Source: Diplonema japonicum (Eukaryota > Protista > Euglenozoa: Diplonemea). Taken from it: DNA of 64,000 nt. Positions within the stretch are counted from its first letter, which is position 1. Each line of letters opens with the position of its first letter. Under the pieces are notes generated by a model that saw nothing but the letters and a program-made list of their open reading frames with translations, searched no databases and had not been told where the DNA came from. Positions 10,818 to 19,478 of the stretch are shown here, in pieces. The stretch covers positions 152,547 through 216,546 of the forward strand of contig OZ025757.1 in NCBI GenBank assembly GCA_964019335.1. Direction: 5' to 3'. Position numbers and translations under genes: made by a program.

Positions 10818-13604
10818 CTACGAGCTGCCAGGAGGTGCGGTCCACTCCACCACCTCAGAGCCAGGGGTGTTCTTCACCACCTTCCCCAAGACACCATCGG
10901 TGAGCCAGGTCACCTCCGAACCCGACATATTAATTGTGACCTTAGCAACCGTCCACCCATCCCCACCCTGTGCCCTGATTCGAATAATGCGGGGGTGCTG
11001 CTGGATACCGGTTGCAGTCATTCCTTGAATACTCCCCTGGGCAGGGGCCACCACGCTCCCCACAATCTGAACACTCCCATCCCAGTACTCCACCTCAATG
11101 GGGAAGGAGTGCGACGACTCTGCATAAGTTTCCGAAGCGGTGGTTATCCCCACAGTGAAGGCCAATGAGTTCAAGGCGTACATGTTGCTCCGGAAGGTCC
11201 CCCCACAGAAGGCCTCCCCGTTCCCGATGCAAGGAGCGTTGCAATCCGCATCCGCAGCCGGAGCATTGGAACGGATGTCCTGTGTGCACCAACAGGTGTC
11301 TCCCTTCTGTATCCCAAAGTACTTGTAGTTCCGAACAGTGTCCGAGGCACAGTACGCTGCACAGTGCTCAACTGACATCTCTGCAGAGACGTACGCCGTC
11401 CTCCCAACATTGTCCTCGAAGCACCCCACATGAGAAAAACGTTCCGTGCTCGTCATTTCCATGTTTGAGTGCCCGCTGCCTAAACAGTCGACTGCGTTTG
11501 TTCTGACCGATTTCACAAGTTCGGGAACCCCGCCGCACCAACATTCGGATGCGAGGAGCGACCCTGCATGGGTGTGCCCGGCGGTACTGCACTCTGTGAA
11601 ACACTGCAGTGGTGTGAAAAACGCAACACGCCTCGACTTCACAGCACGGTTGTCGGCGAAGCATCCTGTGTCGTAGGACGTCAGTGTTGGGTTCTGCCCG
11701 CTGATGGTGAACCCCCACATAGATGAGATAGTGTCGGCCTTGGCCGTCACGAGCAGGATATTACCTGCCGCATACACATTTGTCTCTATTTTGTTAGCCG
11801 TTGAAATAAAATGTTCACCCACAATTGTTGGTACACGCGGAACGGTGATATCACGGATAATAACGCCGCCGGTAGATGCCTTAGCGACGACGAACAGTGC
11901 GTCACCGGACATCGCCATTGTGAAGGGCACGCTGGCCTGAGTCACAATGACTGCAGGTGAAGCGGGTGTCAGGACATCCACCACCATCAAGTTCGCAGTT
12001 CCAGCAACATATGCCGTCACACCTTTCACAAGAACATCGAACGCACCCTCAGCAATCGTAACATTCCCCAGGAACACCGGTGATGAGGGAACACACACGT
12101 CGAGAATATGCAGGCTGACACCGTCGACGAGGTACGCTTTTGTCTCTGAAACAATAACGGATTCTGAAGGCGTGACGGTGCTGTACTGCGCCACGCGTTT
12201 CAGAACGGTACCTTTGAAACTCAAAACCACAAGACCATGAGCGCCGCAAGCAAGGTACAACAAATCACCGTCAACATGAATCTTTCGGATGTCCGCTTGC
12301 AAATATTTCCCGACGAGTACCGGAACAGCCGAAATATCGATAACAAGCAGCTCGGCAGCGTTTGCAACATATAGTCGCTTGCCGCCCGACGACCCGATCG
12401 CAATGATTTCTTGTTGGTACTCGAAGAATGTCATGCTGACGAGGTCGGGACGGTAGATTTCAATCCCCGTCCCGTGGAAGCGAACGCTGGTCCCGTCGGA
12501 CGTAATGTGGGCGATCGGCGTGAATTCAGCAGGAGTGGGAAGTACATTTGCATTAACAGGGTGCGTGGGACGGTCGAAACGGGTGATGCTGCTCCAATCA
12601 AGATTGGCAATGAAGATCCCCTTCGACGTCGGAAAGAAAGCCGACGCACCAACAGTGTGTTCCGAACGGATCGACAACGTGGCACCAGAGATGTCATAAA
12701 CAATTATCTTCGTCTGCGTCATTACGTACAAATCGTCGCCCGACACCATCATATCCTTTATGTTACTGTCAACATATGTTGACTGTCCTATCGTCCACCA
12801 GTTGAACGAGTAGAACACACTTCCATGTGGACCATTAATGGGAGCTTTCTTCATTAAGTACAGGTCGGTGCCCTTGGCAGTGAACCCAACGTGCGGGCCC
12901 CCGATTACGAGAAAATCCATGTCTTGCAAGCTCGCATCGGTCTGCGTGTTGATTCTTTGTGACATGCTCAAGGGATTTCCGGTGCCAGGCAGATGAAATG
13001 TTTTCAGGCCCTCGTGGTCCGACCAGTAGTACCGCCAACCGACTTCAGTCGCCGTGTAGGATTTTTCTTCTCTGAAGACCCATGTGCGAGCCGATATGTG
13101 GTGTTGAAATTGTCCAACAAATGTGGGAGCGAACCTATCCGCCAAGCTGAATCGAATCACGAGCCCGGCTTCAAATAAGTACAACGCATTTTGAGACACT
13201 TGTACAGTGGCATCGATAAACCCTTGGCCGTTCGGCCTGCCGTGGAGTGTGACACCCTTCAACACAAGGTTGTGAGGGTCAGACCTGTCGAAATTCCAAA
13301 TCCAGTTATTCCCGATCAGGTACAAGGCGTCCGTCCCGGACAGTTCCACCTTCCACGCGCTCTCCTGGACCTTGTAGCCACCGATCAACACCACGTTTTG
13401 AGGGTCCGTGAAGTTGTAAACCAACACACCGATGTTTCCAACCGTGTACCCAATGTCCCCCATCACTTTCAAGTCGCGATGCTGCGCGCCTCCAGAGGGC
13501 CAATGATCGACGCCCCTTATGGTGTAATCGAGGGACGTAGCCGCTTCGGTGTTGCCAGCTGTCAGCAGGACACACAGAAGGAGAAGTATCTGCGGTGATT
13601 TCAT
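10818..13604 (-). CDS. Array gene g3 (subfamily A), 928 aa from the likely start MKSPQILLLLC
   Basis: The ORF-track extension to 13754 is only translated homopolymer (poly-F/K). The signal peptide begins at ATG 13604. Same domain order as g2. Confidence 0.9.
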   Translation of the reverse strand: MKSPQILLLLCVLLTAGNTEAATSLDYTIRGVDHWPSGGAQHRDLKVMGDIGYTVGNIGVLVYNFTDPQNVVLIGGYKVQESAWKVELSGTDALYLIGNNWIWNFDRSDPHNLVLKGVTLHGRPNGQGFIDATVQVSQNALYLFEAGLVIRFSLADRFAPTFVGQFQHHISARTWVFREEKSYTATEVGWRYYWSDHEGLKTFHLPGTGNPLSMSQRINTQTDASLQDMDFLVIGGPHVGFTAKGTDLYLMKKAPINGPHGSVFYSFNWWTIGQSTYVDSNIKDMMVSGDDLYVMTQTKIIVYDISGATLSIRSEHTVGASAFFPTSKGIFIANLDWSSITRFDRPTHPVNANVLPTPAEFTPIAHITSDGTSVRFHGTGIEIYRPDLVSMTFFEYQQEIIAIGSSGGKRLYVANAAELLVIDISAVPVLVGKYLQADIRKIHVDGDLLYLACGAHGLVVLSFKGTVLKRVAQYSTVTPSESVIVSETKAYLVDGVSLHILDVCVPSSPVFLGNVTIAEGAFDVLVKGVTAYVAGTANLMVVDVLTPASPAVIVTQASVPFTMAMSGDALFVVAKASTGGVIIRDITVPRVPTIVGEHFISTANKIETNVYAAGNILLVTAKADTISSMWGFTISGQNPTLTSYDTGCFADNRAVKSRRVAFFTPLQCFTECSTAGHTHAGSLLASECWCGGVPELVKSVRTNAVDCLGSGHSNMEMTSTERFSHVGCFEDNVGRTAYVSAEMSVEHCAAYCASDTVRNYKYFGIQKGDTCWCTQDIRSNAPAADADCNAPCIGNGEAFCGGTFRSNMYALNSLAFTVGITTASETYAESSHSFPIEVEYWDGSVQIVGSVVAPAQGSIQGMTATGIQQHPRIIRIRAQGGDGWTVAKVTINMSGSEVTWLTDGVLGKVVKNTPGSEVVEWTAPPGSS

Positions 13605-13613
13605 ATCTCTTTT

Positions 13614-13645
<32 letters not shown>

Positions 13646-13750
13646 TGGTCAGAATCAGAAAAAGCAAAAAAAAGAGAAAAAAAAAAAAAAAAACAGGGGG
13701 AGAAAAAGAAAAAGGCAGAGCTGACAAAAATAAAAATAAAAAAAATTTAA

Positions 13751-15046
13751 CCATCTACCAACGGACCATTTTTGCCCACAGGGGGTAAATTTTCAAAACT
13801 TCAAAAAAAAACTATTCTAGCGCAACGCCGGGGCTATATGCCCCCGGAAATGCCTCCAGATGTCCCAATTCTAGAGAGAGGGTACCCACAGCAGGGCCCA
13901 CCCCCACAACATTGTCAAAAATATCGTTCCCAAAGTGCTCGAGAGGGGTACAAAAAACAAGTCAAAAAAAATCGACTGTAAAATTCTATAAAAAGCTATT
14001 TAAGGCCTTCTTGACGCGGTTCGTACGTGCTCCAGGGCTGGGGCACTTGGTGGGGAGCGGGTCCTTTCCAGAGGGCCTCCGGTTTTCATTCTCTTTTGGC
14101 CGACACGTCAAATTTGACTTCACCAGAACATCCAACGTCGACAGAAAGCGCACAGGCATGATGTCATGCCACGTTGTGGTGCAAAGGATGCTCACGTGCT
14201 GGTGGAACTGGGTGTCTCCACAGGATGCGCGTCTTTGGGCTTGCGGCCTCGCTTCTTTGGGGCATCCATGATCTCCGGGAGGCCTTTGCGATAGGTAGAA
14301 GTCAGCACGCTTGTTTGTTTCGCTGCGGAAACACAGATTACCCAGAATAGTCAAAAAGCAGTCTCTTGACACGACGGTGGCGTACCCAGGGGTGTGGCTG
14401 AGAGACGTGGAGCCTGTGTGCCAGTAATCAGAATAATCTGGCTTGATATCCAAGTCCATCGACAAAAGGGCACCTAGGAAGGTACGCAAAGAAGCAGCAT
14501 CGAGATCCAGGGAAACACCTTTTTTAGCCGCATTTGCCACATTGTTCGAAGTTATGACCAAATAACGTTTGGGATGAGCATTTGGGAGAATATATGGTAT
14601 GGCGTTGAGCCTCTGATGTCAAAACAGGGTCCACAAGGATTCCGATCTTCACGAAACCGGATGCCTTCCAACTGCTCCGGCTTTGCCGTCCAATCACCCT
14701 GCTGTGACTCGGAATCGGTCGAATTCGTATCAGAATCACTGTCTGTATCAAAATTGCATAATAGGGATGAGCCATCAGTGCTACCATCACTCATAATGTC
14801 CTCTTCCGGCCTCTTTCTGGGTGCCCTTTTTTGAAGTGATTTTTAAGGGTAAATTTGGGCTGGCGTTTTTTTTTTATTTTTTTCATTTTCTTGCAAAGTT
14901 AGGGCAGCATTTTGTTTATATTTTTCATATTTTCCGCGCAGGACCCCGGATGCGAGAAGTGGCCGGGCTGTATTGCATTGAAAGCACTTTGCGCAAAAGA
15001 TTTTTTTTTTCAAATCGTCTCTATAAAGACGCTCGTTGGTAGATGG
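13751..15046 (-). mobile_element. Internally deleted piggyBac DNA transposon, 1296 bp
   Basis: TTAA at 13747-13750 and 15047-15050 flank perfect 13-bp TIRs CCATCTACCAACG / CGTTGGTAGATGG. Transposase remnants lie inside. Confidence 0.92.
13986..14794 (-). pseudogene. piggyBac transposase fragment (frameshifted, catalytic core largely deleted)
   Basis: Acidic N-terminus followed by piggyBac motifs LRTFLGALLSM..PDYSDYW..TPGY..VVSRDCFLTIL, YRKGLP (shifted frame) and WHD..PVRFLST. Confidence 0.85.
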
Positions 15047-15076
15047 TTAAAAAAAAAAAAAAAAAAAGCTATTGAA

Positions 15077-15107
<31 letters not shown>

Positions 15108-15361
15108 CCGTCACGAGATATGAGTGTTAAAACAAATTTAAAATAGGGGGGGGGGGGGGGGGGGGCACGTTGGAAAGCGTTACCTTCAGGCTAAGGTGCG
15201 ATTCACTCACCCGCAGAGCCAGGAATAGAAGCGCTTTGCAGCAAGGGGAAAGAAAGAAGAAAGAAGAAGAAGAAGAAAAAGAAGAAGAAAATAAGATTGC
15301 TGCACACAACTCTTATGATTAAGTTACATTCTTTACCTGCATTTTAATATTTTTCGGCAAT

Positions 15362-18154
15362 CTAAGAGCTGCCAGGAGGTGCGGTCCACTCCACCACCTC
15401 AGAGCCAGGGGTGTTCTTCACCACCTTCCCCAAGACACCATCGGTGAACCAGTTCGCCCCTAAACCAGCAAAGGTCATTGTGACTGCACGAATCTTCCAG
15501 CCATCCCCACCCTGTGCCCTGATCCGAACCTTGCGGGGGTGCTGCAGGATCCCAGTTGCAGTCATCACATGAACACTCCCCTGGGCAGGGGCCGCCACAC
15601 TCCCCACAACCTGAACACTCCCATCCCAGTACTCCACCTCAATGGGGAAGGAGTGCGACGACTCTGCATAAGTTTCCGAAGCGGTCACCACCCCCACAGT
15701 GAAGTCCATCGAGTTCAAGGCGTACATGTTGCTCCGGAAGGTCCCCCCACAGAAGGCCTCCCCGTTCCCGATGCAAGGAGCGTTGCAATCCCCACTTGCA
15801 GCCGGAGGCTTGGAGCGGATGTCCTGCGTGCACCAGCAGGTGTCTCCCTTCTGTATCCCAAAGAACTTGTAGTTCCGAACAGTGTCCCCACCACAGTACG
15901 CTGCACAGTGCTCAACTGACATCCCTGCAGAGACGTACGCCGTCCTCCCAACATTGTCCTCGAAGCACCCCACATGAGAGAAGCGGACAGAACTCTTCAC
16001 AGCCATGTTCCGGTGCCCGCTGGTTGCGCAGTCCGCTGCGTTTGTTCTGACCGACTGCGCAAGTTCAGAAGCCCTGCCGCACCAACATTCGGATGTGAAG
16101 AGCGTCCCTGCATGGGTGTGCCCGGCGGTGTTACACAGTGCAAAGCACTGCTGTGGTGTATAGGCTGCGACGCTCCTCGACTTCAGGGCACGGTAGTCGG
16201 CGAAGCATCCTATGCCGTAAGAAGTCATTGGGGGTGGTGTGTGTCCGCTTATGGTGAACTTCCACATGGGGTAGAGGACAGGGACGGTAGCAGTTTCCCC
16301 AATCACCGCAAGATGGTTGCCAACCGCATGAACAGACCCGGTGCGCAAGTAGAAAACACCACCGCTATCCACGCTGTCGGGCACACGGGGCAAACTAATA
16401 TCGTGAATCACAATATAAAAAACGCTGGGGCCTATCCTAACCATGCAGAAGAGGGCGTTCTCTGCGATGGCCACGGAGTAGCACCCGTTCCGAGTGATGT
16501 GGAAAGCAGGCTCCGAAGGTACCCCAACATCCACCACAAGCATGTTCGAGCTTGCAGACACGTAAGCCGTCTTGTCCTTCACAAGAACATCGTTCGCATC
16601 CACAATGTCCAGCTTCCCAAGCAACTTCGGCGACGACGGTTCACACACATCGAGAACCTGCAGACTCCGCCTGTCGACAAGGTACGCTGTTGTTCCCGAA
16701 ACGACAACGGATTCTAAAGGTCCGGCGGTGCTGAAGCGCCCCACCTTCCGCATTATGGAACCCCCTATGTTCATAACCACAAGACCCTTGAAACCGCAAG
16801 CAAAGTACGCGAAATCACCAACAACGCAAATCTTTCTCACATCCGGAAGCAAAACACGTTCAACAAGCCGGGGAGTGCTTGAAATGTCAAGAACAAGCAG
16901 TTCCTTAGCACTCGATACATATAGTTGGGTTCCGACAGACGCGAAGGCAAGAACCTGCTCCATATGCGGGTAAAACACCATATCAACAAGGCCCGGCCGG
17001 TAAATTTCAACCCCAACTGTATAAAAGCGAACGGTGGTCCCGTCGGGCGTGAGATGCGCAACGACGGTACATTGCGGCACCGGAAAACTGTTCGAAAGAA
17101 CCTTTTCAGTGGTGTAGTCATAGCGACTGAAACCGGGCTTGGACACGGTAATGTAAAACACCCCCTTTGTTGTAACGAATATCGCAGATGCTTGGACGAA
17201 ATGCCGGGTCAACAACACGGGGGTGAGCGTCGCTACATTGTACACCGCTAGGTACCTTTGCGTCAAAACATACAAAATGTTTCCACCGGATAGCTTCATC
17301 TCCACAATAGGAGAGTCTAGTGTGAATGTTGCCCAACTCCACGCGAATTCGTCGTATAAAAGTTCACCTCGCGGGCCTTCCATTTGCTTCTTAAATATTA
17401 CATTGAGATTTGTCCCCTTGGCGGTGAAGCCGGTGTGCGAATCTCGGATAATAAGCTGCGTAACAGAATTGAAAGCTGCATTAGTTTGATACCATTTTTC
17501 TGTCACGGATAACGGTTCTGATGGGACCGGCAAATCATTCGTCTTCAGCCCCGTCTCGTCTGTAAAATAGTATCGCCACCCGTTGTGATGGTAGAACCCA
17601 AACTCTTCTCTAAATATCATTGTGTGCACATTTCTGCCGGGTTTTTGAAAGGTTCCGACGTATGCCGGGGCGAATCGTTCTGCAATGTTAAACCTCACAA
17701 GATCGGAGGTGGTGCTGCTCATTCCCGAAAAATACAAGGCATCACCAAGAACTGCAAGGTGTAAAAATTCGAAGCCGACCGCCCTCCCGTGAGTGGCGCT
17801 TCCTTTTAAAATCAGTTTTTTGGGGTCGGTTCGGTCGAACGCCCATACTTTGCGCGGTCCGACGGCATATAATGTGTCGGAATAGAACAGAATTATTTTC
17901 CAGATCTCTTCTTCGACTTTGTAACCACCGACAAGCTTCACATTATTGACATCGGACAAGTCGTACGCCAACACCCCGGCGTTGCCGAGGCCTCCTGCCG
18001 TGTATCCAGTGTTTCCGGCCACTTTTAAGTCTCGTTGTATCATGCCCTGTGGGTTCCAGTGCTTCTTCTCGGCCAGCCGTATGATGGGTGAGGCATCTAC
18101 CAGGTTGATCAAAACCGTGCACAGTGCGAGAGATATAGAGGATAGTGTATTCAT
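15362..18154 (-). CDS. Array gene g4 (subfamily A), 930 aa
   Basis: Signal peptide, LVIVD repeats, 2 WSC and PLAT-like domain. The C-terminal ~280 aa are nearly identical to g2/g5. Confidence 0.9.
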   Translation of the reverse strand: MNTLSSISLALCTVLINLVDASPIIRLAEKKHWNPQGMIQRDLKVAGNTGYTAGGLGNAGVLAYDLSDVNNVKLVGGYKVEEEIWKIILFYSDTLYAVGPRKVWAFDRTDPKKLILKGSATHGRAVGFEFLHLAVLGDALYFSGMSSTTSDLVRFNIAERFAPAYVGTFQKPGRNVHTMIFREEFGFYHHNGWRYYFTDETGLKTNDLPVPSEPLSVTEKWYQTNAAFNSVTQLIIRDSHTGFTAKGTNLNVIFKKQMEGPRGELLYDEFAWSWATFTLDSPIVEMKLSGGNILYVLTQRYLAVYNVATLTPVLLTRHFVQASAIFVTTKGVFYITVSKPGFSRYDYTTEKVLSNSFPVPQCTVVAHLTPDGTTVRFYTVGVEIYRPGLVDMVFYPHMEQVLAFASVGTQLYVSSAKELLVLDISSTPRLVERVLLPDVRKICVVGDFAYFACGFKGLVVMNIGGSIMRKVGRFSTAGPLESVVVSGTTAYLVDRRSLQVLDVCEPSSPKLLGKLDIVDANDVLVKDKTAYVSASSNMLVVDVGVPSEPAFHITRNGCYSVAIAENALFCMVRIGPSVFYIVIHDISLPRVPDSVDSGGVFYLRTGSVHAVGNHLAVIGETATVPVLYPMWKFTISGHTPPPMTSYGIGCFADYRALKSRSVAAYTPQQCFALCNTAGHTHAGTLFTSECWCGRASELAQSVRTNAADCATSGHRNMAVKSSVRFSHVGCFEDNVGRTAYVSAGMSVEHCAAYCGGDTVRNYKFFGIQKGDTCWCTQDIRSKPPAASGDCNAPCIGNGEAFCGGTFRSNMYALNSMDFTVGVVTASETYAESSHSFPIEVEYWDGSVQVVGSVAAPAQGSVHVMTATGILQHPRKVRIRAQGGDGWKIRAVTMTFAGLGANWFTDGVLGKVVKNTPGSEVVEWTAPPGSS

Positions 18155-18597
18155 CTTTTCACTTTTCCCTCTCCCTTTCCTCTCCCCTCCTCCTGGTATA
18201 AAAAGTTTTTTTTTTTTTTTCCAAAATTTTTAGAAATTACTTTAAGAATAACAAAAAAAAAAAAAAAAAAAAAAAAAAGAAAAGGGTGTTACTCGAAGAA
18301 TAGGTTAAAACTGAGCAAAAAAAAAAAAAAAAAAAAAAAAGAAGAAGAAGAAGCTCGGTCTCCCTTTACCCTCCTTTTTTTCTTCTATAACATATGACGT
18401 AATGTCTTTTTTTTTTTTTCCCCTCGCACTACTCCAAAAAAAAGGGGGGGTGGGGAAGGAAAAAAAAAAAAAAAAAAAAAAAAAACGGGCACAAGTTAGT
18501 TCGAAGCAAAATGAAGTGCCAGGAGAAGGGCAGAGAAAAAAAAAACTAAAAGGAAAAAAAAAAGGGGGAAAAAAAAATTGCGGTGCGCTGGTGCTTA

Positions 18598-18710
18598 TAC
18601 CATGGACTGGGGGATCCTACATGCGTCTGTACACCATTCTGCTGTTGCGTCCTGGTGCCAGCCGTCGGAGTTTGTCAACTCAGTCATGGATGGTATCTGA
18701 GAACCTGCTC
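18598..18710 (+). repeat. Degenerate internal fragment of family C
   Basis: CCATGGACTGGGGGATCCTACATGCGTCTGTACACCATTC aligns with CCGTGGACAGGGGATCCTACACGTGCCTGTCACCATTC at ~63711-63748. Confidence 0.55.
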
Positions 18711-18935
18711 CAAGAATAGTCTCCAGATAAGGAGCTGTTTGGGTAGACGAGAACAAGGGTCTCTTGTCAAGGGGGTGTACTCTGGCGGCTTAGACCATCG
18801 TGGTGGTTGACCGCCTTCTTTGTTCCAAGGGTACCACTTCAACCTGGCAGTCAGAGTTTAAAAAAAAAAAAAAACTCGATAAAATTTCAGTGTGCATGGG
18901 GGTGCTCACTGGTAAAAAAAAAAAAAGTCGCTTCA

Positions 18936-18981
<46 letters not shown>

Positions 18982-19478
18982 GCTTTTTTTTTTTTTTTCC
19001 CGCTCTACAAGTGAAAGTCCCAGGCAAGCCTCTTATCAAGTGCGTAAAACCAAGGTTCGAGTGCACGGGCCATAAACAGTGTGCAAGGAAACAACTACAA
19101 TGTTATAGAAGAGAGCCGGTTCCAAAAGAGAAGGATGGGTGAAAGAAAGAAAAAAAAACGGGTGTAATAAGAGGCACTATTGCCTTTACGAAATGTAGAG
19201 CTGGTAAACCGAAACGAAAGGAGAGGGGGTGAACAAAAAAAAAAAAACCAAAACGAAACGAAAAAAAAATGGAGCGGTGCAAAGCAAAGTTCTTTTGAAT
19301 TGTACACAGAGTCGTGAACATATGCTGAAAGAGTGTTCAACATAAGACATAAGTATAATGAAACACCCCTCACCGTTGGACAATAAAAAAAAAAAAGAGA
19401 AGAAAATGCGCTTGCAGGTAATAGGAAAGACGAACAAGGAAATAGTATAGAAAGAAGAATAATACAACTCGCCGTAAT

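Noticed and set aside
13605-13754. N-terminal extensions of the track ORFs at 13754, 47947, 56849, 58042 and 63549
   Set aside because: They run through homopolymer, UTR or flanking DNA. Downstream ATGs give proper signal peptides or coding composition.
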